The notes below the pieces were generated by a model. That model saw nothing but the letters and a program-made list of their open reading frames with translations, was not told the origin of the DNA and did no database searches. A stretch of DNA of 64,000 nucleotides. It comes from Acidobacteriota bacterium (GTDB lineage Bacteria; Acidobacteriota; UBA6911; JACQSX01). The DNA lies in NCBI GenBank assembly GCA_036507075.1, contig DASXQR010000228.1, positions 32,001 through 96,000 of the forward strand. Reading direction: 5' to 3'. The position numbers and the translations under genes were made by a program. Below are positions 50,810 to 60,892 of this stretch, one piece after another (the first letter of the stretch is position 1; every line of letters begins with the position of its first letter).

Positions 50810-51006
50810 TGAACCGCCAAGAACGCGAAGAACGCTAAGAATTTTCCTTTTCAGTCCGGCAGTTCAAATGCTACTGAACTGTACACGTGACACTTCTTCA
50901 GAACTTTCAATTGCTTGCAGTCAGCCGGTTGTTCGGACCCATGATGAGCTTACGTTCTTGGCGTTCTTCGCGGTTCAAGCTTTTTGAATTTATTCACAGG
51001 TTCTGA
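50810..51006. repeat. Inverted copy of the 36608-36804 element
   Basis: Reverse-complement match over about 200 bp. Confidence 0.88.
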
Positions 51007-51041
51007 CGCCCGCCGTACTGGCTGCGGGGAACTTGGCTTAG

Positions 51042-53150
51042 TCACCTGAGCGGGCGGGCGATGCCGAGTTTCTGCATCCGAAACTGAAGCGTCGAGCGCT
51101 TTATCCCGAGGCGCGCGGCTGCGCCATTCGGTCCGGCGACGACCCACTTGGTTTCTTCCAGAACAGCCAGGATATGCTTCCTCTCGGCCTCGCTGAGGGT
51201 GTCCTGCTTGTGGGAGCCGGGAGACGCAGAACGACGCGTAAGCTCAGCAAGGGGTACTTTCAACACCGCTCCTGCAGAAAGTATTACGGCGCGTTCGATA
51301 AGATTCTGGATCTCTCGAATATTCCCGGGCCAGTCATACCGAATCAGAACATTCATCGTTTCTGAGGGAATCGTATCGATGCTCTTGTTCATACGGCGGT
51401 TGAACTGCTGAACAAAATGCCGGACCAGCAGAGGGATGTCCTCCTGGCGCTCACGCAGAGGAGGCACATGAACGGGAAAGACATTCAAGCGATAGAAGAG
51501 ATCGGCGCGGAACGTCTGCTGTTCTACCAGAGCGGCAAGGTCGCGATTGGTAGCCGCGATCAGACGTGAATCCGTCCGGAGTGTGCGCGTGCTTCCGAGT
51601 CGCTCGAATTCCCGTTCCTGCAGCACGCGCAAGAGTTTGGGCTGGAGTTCGAGTGGAATCTCTCCGATTTCATCCAGAAAGACCGTCCCGCGGTCCGCCA
51701 GTTCAAAACGGCCGATACGCTGGCTGATTGCTCCCGTGAAAGCGCCCTTCTCGTGCCCGAAGAGTTCACTTTCCAGCAGACCGGTAGGAATTGCGGCACA
51801 GTTTAATTTGACGAAGGCATTTCCCCGCCGGGTGCTGAGATTGTGGATCGCTCGCGCTAGCAACTCCTTTCCGGTGCCGGTCTCTCCGTAGATCAAAACA
51901 GTTGAATCCGTCGGCGCAACGGTCTCAATTTCATGCAGGATCTTGCGAAGCGCCTGGCTGCGCCCGATGATCTCCTCGAAACCCTGCTCGCTGCGGATTT
52001 CATCTTCCAGATACAGCTTCTCGCGCGCGAGCTTTTCCTTAAGATCAGCAATCTGACCATACGCGAGCGCGTTCTCGACGGCAATTGCTACCTGGCTTGC
52101 AACCTGTGCAAGGAAATCGACTTCGTCCTGGGTGAATGCATTCTCCTGAAGTCTGGCGAGACCCAAAATACCCAAAACCCGATCTCGGCTGATAAGAGGC
52201 AGGACACAGGTGGATTTGAGACCCTCGGCCAGAGGTGGATCGGTCTCCAGGCTGAACTGAGGCAGGTCGCGGATATTACCGGCCAGGAGCTTGCCAGTGC
52301 GAAAGACCGTACCAGGAAGCGATTCCCACGGAAGCAACATCTCCTCCTGGATGAATCCCTTGCTTCCCGGAAAGTCCAACGCGTGGACTCGCATCCGGTT
52401 GCTCTCCGAATCCGGCAATGCCACCCCGACGAGATCACATTGCATCAGGCGCCGGACGCTTGCCGAGACGGCCCGAAGGAGGTCACGAAACTCCAGGTTC
52501 GAGACAAGACTGTTGGTCAAATCAAGGAGCAGCTTCAGGCGATCATTCTTGTTCTGTAACTCGGCTTGCGCACGCTGCGACGCCTCAAAATTCAACGCGT
52601 CATCAATCGCAAGCGCAAGCTGGTCGGCAACGAGTGAGAGAAAGCGGATCTCCTCGTCGGGATAGGCGTCGCCAAGTTCGCTGCCACAAACGAGGCTTCC
52701 GAGCCGACGATGAACGGTCTTCAGGGGAAGCGTGCAAGCCGAGTGAATCCCCTGCTTTTTAAGAAAATTCATCGTGCGAGCAAAACGGGTCTCTTGATCC
52801 ACGAATGGAATTACCAGTGGCTGCTGATGCTGATACACCCAGCAGTTCATCGTCTCCTCCGGCGCAACGTCGGGCAAAACCGGAACGTCAGGCTGGTTTG
52901 ACAGGAGCACCTGCCGGCATTTCTCCTTCCCCATCTCGTCGCAGACGTAGAAGACGACGAAGTCAGATGTGGTAACGCGCCGCAGTTCGTTCTCTAGAAC
53001 GCGGAACAGTTCCTTCAGATCGCGTTGCACGCTGATAGCCTGCGAGACGCGGAAGAGTGCCTCGTAACGCGCGGAGAGTGACGGCTGTGCCTCTGTGTGA
53101 GGCGGAAGACTGATAGCGCTGGTAACTTCAGCTCGGTCTGTATGGTTCAT
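51042..53150 (-). CDS. sigma54-dependent enhancer-binding protein, GAF-GAF-AAA-HTH (FhlA-like)
   Basis: Two GAF domains, GETGTGKE, ESELFGHEKGAFTGA, WPGNIRE, Fis-type HTH. Confidence 0.94.
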   Translation of the reverse strand: MNHTDRAEVTSAISLPPHTEAQPSLSARYEALFRVSQAISVQRDLKELFRVLENELRRVTTSDFVVFYVCDEMGKEKCRQVLLSNQPDVPVLPDVAPEETMNCWVYQHQQPLVIPFVDQETRFARTMNFLKKQGIHSACTLPLKTVHRRLGSLVCGSELGDAYPDEEIRFLSLVADQLALAIDDALNFEASQRAQAELQNKNDRLKLLLDLTNSLVSNLEFRDLLRAVSASVRRLMQCDLVGVALPDSESNRMRVHALDFPGSKGFIQEEMLLPWESLPGTVFRTGKLLAGNIRDLPQFSLETDPPLAEGLKSTCVLPLISRDRVLGILGLARLQENAFTQDEVDFLAQVASQVAIAVENALAYGQIADLKEKLAREKLYLEDEIRSEQGFEEIIGRSQALRKILHEIETVAPTDSTVLIYGETGTGKELLARAIHNLSTRRGNAFVKLNCAAIPTGLLESELFGHEKGAFTGAISQRIGRFELADRGTVFLDEIGEIPLELQPKLLRVLQEREFERLGSTRTLRTDSRLIAATNRDLAALVEQQTFRADLFYRLNVFPVHVPPLRERQEDIPLLVRHFVQQFNRRMNKSIDTIPSETMNVLIRYDWPGNIREIQNLIERAVILSAGAVLKVPLAELTRRSASPGSHKQDTLSEAERKHILAVLEETKWVVAGPNGAAARLGIKRSTLQFRMQKLGIARPLR

Positions 53151-53204
53151 AGGCTGTATGATTCACGAATGAACAGTCATTCCAAAAAAGGGAGATCACT
53201 CAAA

Positions 53205-53645
53205 TTAGATGGTACAAAGCCGAGTGAGAAACTCACCAAGTTGTGTTCGGTCTGACTCAGGAAGGCATTCCATTAGCTGTTTCTCGGCTACAGTTATTGC
53301 CCGATCTGCAGTTTCATAGCGGCGTCGCCCTTCGTCGGTAATAGCTGCCAATATGCTCCGTCGGTCCTCCTGGTCATCGACTCGTCTGACCAAGCCTTCA
53401 GCTTCAAGACGATCAACAACCTGGGTTACATTCGATTTGACACAGGCAAGCCGCTCGGCAAGTCGGCTGAGTGGCAATGCCTCACCAGCTTGGATTAAAT
53501 GATGTAATACCGCGAACTTAGAGAGAGAAAGTCCCGTTTCGCCCAGAACTGTTTCAAGCCTCAACTCCACTGTCCCCGCCGTGCGCAGAAGCAGTACCCA
53601 TAATGGCAGTTGGCCGTGACCTCCCTTCCCGCCATATTCGTTCAT
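53205..53645 (-). CDS. MarR family transcriptional regulator
   Basis: LA.RL...SNVTQVVDRLE..GLV.R...DRR......T..G. Confidence 0.92.
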   Translation of the reverse strand: MNEYGGKGGHGQLPLWVLLLRTAGTVELRLETVLGETGLSLSKFAVLHHLIQAGEALPLSRLAERLACVKSNVTQVVDRLEAEGLVRRVDDQEDRRSILAAITDEGRRRYETADRAITVAEKQLMECLPESDRTQLGEFLTRLCTI

Positions 53646-53651
53646 TACTGA

Positions 53652-53680
53652 ACTGTACTTAGATGAACAACTACTGTCAA
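53652..53680 (-). promoter_or_regulatory. sigma70 promoter of marR, predicted leaderless transcript
   Basis: TTGACA-N17-TACAGT followed by 6 nt and the ATG. Confidence 0.7.
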
Positions 53681-53699
53681 GTCGAAATTGGGGAAGTCA

Positions 53700-53845
53700 C
53701 TAATTTGGGGACTAATTTGGGGACGACGAATTTGGGGACGACGAATTTGGGGACTGACTAATTTGGGGGACTGTCCCTCTTTTAAATAGCGACTGTCCCT
53801 CTTTTAATCTGGGGACTGATTCTCAATGGGGACTGTCCCTCTTTA
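53700..53845. repeat. Cluster of AATTTGGGGAC / GGGGACWGTCCC REP-like units
   Basis: Several tandem units; same family at 10534, 17880-17930 and 59495-59560. Confidence 0.85.
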
Positions 53846-55765
53846 ATTGACCACCAAGGCACCAGGCGGAGGAAGGTTACCAGTTGATTCGCAGCACGAT
53901 CTGGCCCAGTCGGCCGCCGGGATCCTGCGTGTTGGACGAGTCCGTGTACGCCTGGGTCACTTGCATGAAGGTCTGGCTGGTAGGGCCGGTGAAGGCGGCG
54001 CCTGTAGGGTTGAAGAAGTTGACGTTGTTGAAGGCATTCAGGAACTCGCCGCGCAACTCAACATTGACACGCTCTGTGATATTGACCCTCTTTACGATGC
54101 TCAAATCAATGCGCGTAAACATGGGGCCGGTAACAAAGACGTTCTGCGGGGCGCATTGGCCGCTGTACACCTGGATGCAATCCGGCCCGTTGGCCGGCGC
54201 GATGTAGCGTCCCGTGGGCGCACCGCGCGAGCCATAGCCGGTCGACGAAGTCGCGCTCGTGCTGAAGGCCCGGATGGTGTTGTCAATGATGTCCTGCGGC
54301 AGGATGTAAACGATCTTGGCCGCGTCATCAAATCGCAGCTTGTAGAACTTCTGCAGGTCCTTCATCGTCATGCCGACCAGCCTTACGCTACCGAAGTTAA
54401 ACAACTGACCGCTCTGAACGCGGCCCGCGCCGTGGAATTCCCAGCCACCGATGATGCGGTTGAGCACACTGCCGGTATTGCCCAGCAGCGCATGACCCGG
54501 GCCAATCGGCAGCTCGTAGACCCAGTTGACCTTGAGTGCATGTTTCACGGTATTGGTATCAAGACCGTTGATGCGCGGCGCACGGAAGGAGACCCGCTGC
54601 GAACTGAAGGCTTTGGCGAATTGGTAATTGCCTTGCAGCAATAATCCGTTCGACAGGCGCCGGCGCAGTTCTACTTGCAGCCCATCATAGCGAGTATAAC
54701 CGCCATTGCCGGTGAAAATGGCGCCGCCCCGGAGGTTCGGATTGGTCAGCATAAAATTTGCCGGCAAACCAGCCCTCAAAGCATTGGCGCGAAACGTCGC
54801 GCTGTTATCCATAACACCGGAAAAGCTTGTTGTGGTGCTGCAACACACGTTGGGGTTGTTCAAGGCCAGAGAGTTCACAAAAGTGCTGCTGGTGAATTGG
54901 TTGGATGTGTACCTGGACGGATCGCTTGCTTGAGCCGCCGGGATCCCGCTGAAGTACGCGAGTGCGATCGGCAGAGGTGAAGTGCCAGGCGCAGCGGTAT
55001 AGGCGAAGGTATTGCCTCTGCCGGCTGCAATATTGGCCCGCAAGTTGGCTTGCGCCAGCTTGAACTCATTGAGCAACCCATTCTCGAGGATGTTGTTCTC
55101 GACTGAGTTGAGATTGTAATCGGTCCAACCTCGCAGGTTGCGAGTGCCGATATAACGTACCTCGATCGCCATGTCTTTGCTGATCTCTCGCTGGATGCCG
55201 AAGGTCCAGGACTGAGAATACGGCACTCTGATGTTGGGATCGTAGATATTGACCGAGTCTGTGATCGCGCCAATGAGCGGATAGTTCGGCTTGCCCAGGA
55301 ACGTAGGCGGGCCGAGCCGGCCGGTTTCGCGCAGCAAGACCGGCAGCCTGTCGTTGCCTTGATTAAAGTTCAGAACGCTGGCGGTAGGGTTGAAGCGCGA
55401 CGGTCCCCCTGAGAGTCCGGCGCGCGCTTCGTTGACGAGCATCGAACTCACGGTCGAACGCAGCCCGATAGAAGCGGTATAACGGTCCGCAGGCTGGCTG
55501 CCCTGGTTCGGGAAACCTGGAAACTTAGGCTCTACGTTATTGAGGAAATCTGGACCGCCTCTGCCCTGCAGATACGTCCAGCCGGTCTCCAGATGATGCT
55601 TCAGTCAGATTGACGTCGAAGCGAACCGTTGGGCGCTTGCTCTCGGTCTTGCCGCTGGGGTTGTAGGTGTACCGCTGCAAATTAGGGTAATAATATACTT
55701 GACTGACCAAGCCTGTTAGCGCTACCTTCTTGATTGGCGGTGCAAACCGCCAGAGAGGAGGTGCC

Positions 55766-55891
55766 ATGACCAAGTTAATAACTTGGCTAATGTTCATCCG
55801 CCTTCCGGGGCCGCCTGTTGCCCGCTCTTTCTACGCGGTGCTGAAGGAGCGCGTTGGGCGTCGAAAAAACGCGCTTGGGGATTCGGTTTGA
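55766..55891 (+). CDS. Possible 41-aa peptide inside the IS
   Basis: AGGAGGT SD just before the ATG; MTKLITWLMFIRLPGPPVARSFYAVLKERVGRRKNALGDSV. Confidence 0.35.
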   Translation: MTKLITWLMFIRLPGPPVARSFYAVLKERVGRRKNALGDSV

Positions 55892-55946
55892 TTTACAAAC
55901 AGAATCTTGCTCCCCGGTTACTTCCCCCTTGCTCTCAGCGAACCTA

Positions 55947-56780
55947 ATGTCCGGGCCATTTGGGACATGCTGGGAGCGCATCGACCGCGCACAATCCCAC
56001 AGCGAAACCATCGCCCAGACTTGGAACGCTTTTGCTCATAAGGAAGAGGAACCCCCGTATGAAGCAAACGCCTACGTGCACGACGATGGGACAGGGAGCA
56101 TCTGGGTCGAGCAAATCCTCCCCATTCCATTGCAAATCCCGCTCCTGCTTGGCGAGTTCATGTATCAATTGCGCGCTACTCTGGACACCTGTGTTTACGA
56201 GGCGGCCTGCTTGAATACCGGCCAGCGCCCGCCCCCCGATGAGAACCAATTGGGGTTTCCGATCTGCTGCAAAGGTCGACCGCAGTTCGATAGTTCCAGA
56301 CGGAAGATCGCGCCACTCACGGAGCAACAGCGGAATATCATCGAGTCGGTACAACCGTACAACGCTCCGGAACTCTCGCCACACCACATTCCGTTCAACT
56401 TCAATCTTGGACTCGGCCTGCTCAATGAATGGGCGCGGATAGACCGCCATCGCAAGCTCCACGTTGCGGCATCCTGGGCTTCCAACATCGTCCCATTGCT
56501 CCAAATTCCGCCTGGTACACGACTCGTCGAGTTCCAAGTTCCGCACGGAATGTTCATGTTGAAAGATCAAGGCGTAGTTGCTACATTTCGCATCGAGGGT
56601 TGGCAGCACGGCATGAAGGTATACGCAAATCCCAATCTCACCCTCGACATAGTCGTTGACGAGGTTCCGTTGCCGCGCCACGATGTGGACACCCTTGCAA
56701 ACCGACTCCTTTGCATGCGGAAGGCGGTCTGGTGCGTCGTTGCCAGCATCGCTAACACCTTCGGCTTCGAGCCGCCATAG
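55947..56780 (+). CDS. IS passenger protein, possibly HEPN-like
   Basis: GEFMYQLRATLD...FP...LNEWARIDRHR motif pattern; 277 aa. Confidence 0.7.
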   Translation: MSGPFGTCWERIDRAQSHSETIAQTWNAFAHKEEEPPYEANAYVHDDGTGSIWVEQILPIPLQIPLLLGEFMYQLRATLDTCVYEAACLNTGQRPPPDENQLGFPICCKGRPQFDSSRRKIAPLTEQQRNIIESVQPYNAPELSPHHIPFNFNLGLGLLNEWARIDRHRKLHVAASWASNIVPLLQIPPGTRLVEFQVPHGMFMLKDQGVVATFRIEGWQHGMKVYANPNLTLDIVVDEVPLPRHDVDTLANRLLCMRKAVWCVVASIANTFGFEPP

Positions 56781-56904
56781 CAGATCATTGTTAGCAGCCA
56801 CCCAAAGTCCAGTGTGAGATTTTTTTACAGAAAAACCAGACACCTGTGCTTTCCGTCCTTTCCGTCGCTCGTGATACACTGCGATTTAGGACGGGGAGGA
56901 ACTT

Positions 56905-57057
56905 ATGAAAGGTCGCGCCGAAATGCATGAAGGCCGGGAAGCATTCAGTCGCTTTCGCGACGCGATTAAGCAGATTCTGTCCGTACCAAAAAACTCACTA
57001 CCTGTCAGAACCAAACGGAAAACGAAAAAGAAGAGTCGGCAACCCACGAAGGGCTAA
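56905..57057 (+). CDS. 50-aa basic protein convergent with the transposase
   Basis: GGAGG RBS; MKGRAEMHEGREAFSRFRDAIKQILSVPK plus Lys/Arg tail. Confidence 0.6.
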   Translation: MKGRAEMHEGREAFSRFRDAIKQILSVPKNSLPVRTKRKTKKKSRQPTKG

Positions 57058-57099
57058 CCAACTTTCCGTTTTCCTCGCTTCTCTCGATTACGTTCCATT

Positions 57100-58071
57100 T
57101 TAGTTAATTGACGTACTTTCACCCTCCTTACCAGTCAGCGACTTGTAGGTCAGCCGCTTCTCAACAATTCCCTCCATTGCTGACTGGAAACGGTAAGCGT
57201 CATTTCCCGCTCTTTCATTGAACCGGAAAGCCTGTTCGTCAAGGTAGCGGAAAAGATGAAAGGGTTCCACGGAAACGTAGGTGCCCTTAATCGAGCGTTT
57301 CAGCAAACTCCAGAAGTTTTCAAGCCCGTTAGTGTGGACGTTCTCTCTCACGTAACACTCTGCATGGTCGATCACTTCGTGCGCGTAATCAGAAGACAGG
57401 CCAGAGTAGGACAGAAGTGCATCGGTGAAAAGCGACGAACCCGCTTCGACATGGGCGCGAACTTCTGGTTGCAGCAACTTTTTGCGGGTATTCTCGACAA
57501 CCTTCAACCGCACTGTGCTGCACTTCTTTTCGGGAGAGTGGCGTTCAAGTAATCCCATCACAGCCGCCTTGCCCATTCCGCCTGTGCCAGTAATCTTTCG
57601 CGCTCTCTCGCTCCTGTGCATGTTCCGGGATTTGCCGCCGATGAAAGTTTCATCCGCCTCAACCTCGCCAGACAGTTTCGAAAATGAACCTTGGTGCAGT
57701 GCAAAGCGGATTCGGTGATCCATGAACCAAGCGGATTTCTGAGTCACTCCGATACCCCGCGCAATCTCGTAAGAACTGATTCCGTTTTTGCAGTTCACAA
57801 CCATCCAGACCGCCGCAAGCCACTTATCCAGGCCGATGGGTGAATCCTCAAAAATTGTTCCAACCTTCAGGGAGAACTTGGGCCGGTCATGTTTGCCGTA
57901 GCACTTCCAAACCCGCGCTTTCTCAAGATAGGTCACTTTGTCGCAACCGCATCTTGGACAGATCACTTTGCCATCGGGCCAACGAAGGCTTACCATGAAC
58001 TCGTGACAGTTCTCGTAAGTGGCGAAGTAGATGATTGCTGCCTGTAGGGTTTTAGGAAAGTTCTTTTTCAT
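57100..58071 (-). CDS. IS1595-family DDE transposase
   Basis: RWPDG..CPRC zinc ribbon, GTIFEDS, VEADETFIGG, TD, HTNGLENFWSLLKR, YLDE..FRFN. Confidence 0.95.
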   Translation of the reverse strand: MKKNFPKTLQAAIIYFATYENCHEFMVSLRWPDGKVICPRCGCDKVTYLEKARVWKCYGKHDRPKFSLKVGTIFEDSPIGLDKWLAAVWMVVNCKNGISSYEIARGIGVTQKSAWFMDHRIRFALHQGSFSKLSGEVEADETFIGGKSRNMHRSERARKITGTGGMGKAAVMGLLERHSPEKKCSTVRLKVVENTRKKLLQPEVRAHVEAGSSLFTDALLSYSGLSSDYAHEVIDHAECYVRENVHTNGLENFWSLLKRSIKGTYVSVEPFHLFRYLDEQAFRFNERAGNDAYRFQSAMEGIVEKRLTYKSLTGKEGESTSIN

Positions 58072-58078
58072 AGAAAGA

Positions 58079-58107
58079 ACTATACCAAACCAAGCTTGGT
58101 CAGTCAA
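58079..58107 (-). promoter_or_regulatory. sigma70 promoter of the transposase, -35 box inside the TIR
   Basis: TTGACT-N17-TATAGT followed by 7 nt and ATG 58071. Confidence 0.72.
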
Positions 58108-59698
58108 GTATATTATTACCCAAATTAGGGTCGGTCGTTTGCGTAATGCCTCCAGTGGTGGAGGTCGCACTGCGAATGTCAGCCAGGAGTTTCCCGATCA
58201 CCGGATCAATCGTCGAGGTTTGCCCGTTGGCGGCCGCCAACGCGAGCAGATCGACCTGCCGGACTTGGCTACCGGTTACGTTGTACTGGAAAACGCCAGT
58301 CTGAGTCAGTGGATTGAGGATCGTGCGCTGCCGGCTGACCTGGCTGGGCTGACGGAATTCCTCGTAGTTGACGAAGAAGAAAGCCTTGTCGCGGCCGTTG
58401 AAGAGCTTGGGAATCACGATCGGTCCCCCCAGACGAAAGCCGTATTGATTGAACTTCACCTGGGGGCGCGGCGCTTTGTGAGTGCGCGGGTCGGCGGGCA
58501 GATCGCGGTTATTGAACCAGTAGTTGGAATTGAGCCAGGGATTGCGAAGGTACTCATAGACGCTGCCGTTGAAGCTGTTGGTACCCTGGCGAGTGACAAA
58601 CTTGATTAGACTGCACCCATCGCTCCGCCCTGAGCCTCCGGCGTCGCTGTGGAAACGGTGACTTCCTGAACCGAGTCGATGCTTGGAGGGACGCGCACGA
58701 AAAATCCATCGGTTGTTTTGTTGTAGTTATCCTGAATGTTGATCCCGTCAAGCGTGATGTCAATCGCGCTCTGCGGCAAGCCGTTGATAGTGGAGTCGCG
58801 ATTTCCTCGTGGAGTGTTGACTCCGGGCATCAGGACAACGAAGTTGAGGGGATTGCGGGAGACCAGAGGCAGGTTGGCGATCTGGTTGATGGCCAGCGTC
58901 GTAGCAACGTTGGCCGACTGAGTCTGCAGCATCTCACCGCCGCCCTGCACGATTACAGATTGGTTAATTTCGCCGACTTCAAGTGTGACGCGCACAGTAG
59001 CCGGCACGCCTGTGTCCAGCTTGACGTCTTTGACGACAGCCTGTTTGAACCCTGACAGAGAAACCGTGACGGTGTAAGTGCCGGGATCCAGGGCCGGGAT
59101 GGAGAATGTCCCATTGTCGGCGGTAAGGGCCTTAAACTCGGCACCGACAGCATTGTTCTTGACCGTGACGTCCGCGCCCGGGATGACGCTGCCACTCGAG
59201 TCAAGGACCACGCCCGTAAGCGAAGAAGTCGCGCCGCCCTGTCCATAGGCGAGCACACCGGCTATCGCAATGAAAGTCACTGTCGAGACTAGCCTGAGTA
59301 AACAATGTTTCATAGAGAGCTCCCTGAAGATTCTCGGCCATGATAGGACGACTGGCGAGGCGTTGCAAAAAAAAAGACCGCATGCACATTTCTTCTAAGT
59401 TCAAAAATATGGATCACTTAGCGTTCCACGCACGCTGGTGGAAAGCAGGCTTGGTGCCTTGGTGGTTCAGGTTTTTTTAGCAATTGGTAGCAATTGGGGA
59501 CAGTCCCCTTTCAGCAATTGGGGACAGTCCCCTTTTGAGGAATTGGGGACAGTCCCCTTTTTACCGCCGGGGAGGTGCTTCTTAAGTCGCTTCGCGTTCT
59601 TCGCGTCTTCGCGGTAAACTTTCCACAGTCCATGTCACAAGCGCGCTGACATGGGTTTAGAATTCCCCGGTACCGATATGAAGAGGAGAAAGACCACG

Positions 59699-60892
59699 AT
59701 GAAAACCAGAATCATGCTTGCCGCTTCGATTTGTCTCCTGGTTTGTTCCGTTCTGGCGCTGCAGACAAAGGCGCCTTTGCCCGAGCCTTACCACACGCCT
59801 TCGGCAAACAACCGGCCGGTGGTGATCTCGCGCCCCGACGGCGTGCAATTGAAACTTCCGGCGGGCTTCAGCATTGAAGCTTATGCCGAAGGCTTCGAAA
59901 GGCCGCGCTTTATGGCCGAAGGCCCTGCCGGAGAGATTCTGATTTCCGACAGCGCCAATAACAACGGCGCCGTTTACGTCCTTTTGGATAAGGATGTCAA
60001 CCGGCAGGCGGAAGCAAAGGAAAAGGTCATCGGCGGTCTGGACCGCCCCTACGGCCTGGCGTTTTGGAAAGATTTTCTCTACGTCGCTGAGCCGACCTCG
60101 GTGAAGCGATACAAGTATGACGCCAAGAATGCAAAGATCACCGGCACCGGTGAGGAAGTGGTCTCCATGAACGGTTTTGGCTCAGGGCACTGGACTCGGA
60201 CCGTGCTGTTTGACCGGAAAGGCGAGAAGATGTATCTGGGCGTCGGTTCTTCGTCTAACTTCGGAACGGGTGATGATCCGCGCCGCGCCGCCATCAATCG
60301 TTACAATCCGGACGGCTCCGGGCATGAAATATTCGCCTCGGGAACACGCAATCCGGTCGGGATGCGCTGGTACCCGGGCACCGATACGTTGTGGGCAGCA
60401 GTTCAGGAACGCGACGGGCTGGGCGACGACCTGGTTCCAGACTACTTCACACCGGTAAGACAAGGCGCATTTTATGGCTTTCCCTATGCATACATCGGGC
60501 CGCATGAGGATCCACGCAACGCAGGACAGAAACCCGACCTGGTGCAGAAAACCATCGCTCCAGAGATACTGCTCGGGTCCCATGTCGCCGTGCTGGATTC
60601 CATCTTTTACACCGGCCGGCAATTCCCGCAGGAATATCGGGACGGCGCGTTTCTGGCCAATCACGGATCCTGGAATCGCACCCAGCGGGTCGGCTATTCG
60701 GTCAGTTTCATTCCCTTCAAGAATGGCAAGCCCGCCGGCGAAAAACGTGACTTCCTCACCGGCTTTATGCTGGATCCGGACAAGAAGGAGGTCTGGGGAC
60801 GCCCGGTCGGTCTTTTTCAAATGCGCGATGGCTCGCTGCTGGTCTCCGACGACGGCGGCAAAAAGATCTGGCGTATCAGTTATAAAGGGTAA
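59699..60892 (+). CDS. PQQ-dependent sugar/sorbosone dehydrogenase family protein
   Basis: LPAGF, PYGLAF, HWTR, GTRNPVG, ERDGLGDDLVPDY, HGSWNR, GRPVG, VSDD. Confidence 0.92.
   Translation: MKTRIMLAASICLLVCSVLALQTKAPLPEPYHTPSANNRPVVISRPDGVQLKLPAGFSIEAYAEGFERPRFMAEGPAGEILISDSANNNGAVYVLLDKDVNRQAEAKEKVIGGLDRPYGLAFWKDFLYVAEPTSVKRYKYDAKNAKITGTGEEVVSMNGFGSGHWTRTVLFDRKGEKMYLGVGSSSNFGTGDDPRRAAINRYNPDGSGHEIFASGTRNPVGMRWYPGTDTLWAAVQERDGLGDDLVPDYFTPVRQGAFYGFPYAYIGPHEDPRNAGQKPDLVQKTIAPEILLGSHVAVLDSIFYTGRQFPQEYRDGAFLANHGSWNRTQRVGYSVSFIPFKNGKPAGEKRDFLTGFMLDPDKKEVWGRPVGLFQMRDGSLLVSDDGGKKIWRISYKG

Larger units (their letters stand above)
55686..58120 (-). mobile_element. IS1595-family element with passenger genes, 2435 bp
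   Basis: Perfect 27-bp TIRs GGTAATAATATACTTGACTGACCAAGC (55686-55712, 58094-58120); 8-bp TSD CAAATTAG (55678-55685, 58121-58128). Confidence 0.96.
53877..59313 (-). pseudogene. TonB-dependent receptor (carboxypeptidase-regulatory-like N-domain), disrupted by IS insertion and two frameshifts
   Basis: Fragments 59313-58606, 58606-58121, 55685-55600 and 55600-53877 join into one receptor ending ...RLGQIVLRINW. Confidence 0.9.

Noticed and set aside
53700..53845. CRISPR-like array
   Set aside because: Units are 11-15 nt with no unique spacers of regular length, and no cas genes are present
55944..56879. Minus-strand ORF of 311 aa inside the IS
   Set aside because: Antisense to the passenger gene, with no recognisable motifs
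58600..58612. Programmed frameshift in the TonB receptor
   Set aside because: No slippery heptamer, and the gene carries other disabling lesions
59362..59382. sigma54 promoter for the TonB receptor
   Set aside because: GG-to-GC spacing is 11, not 10
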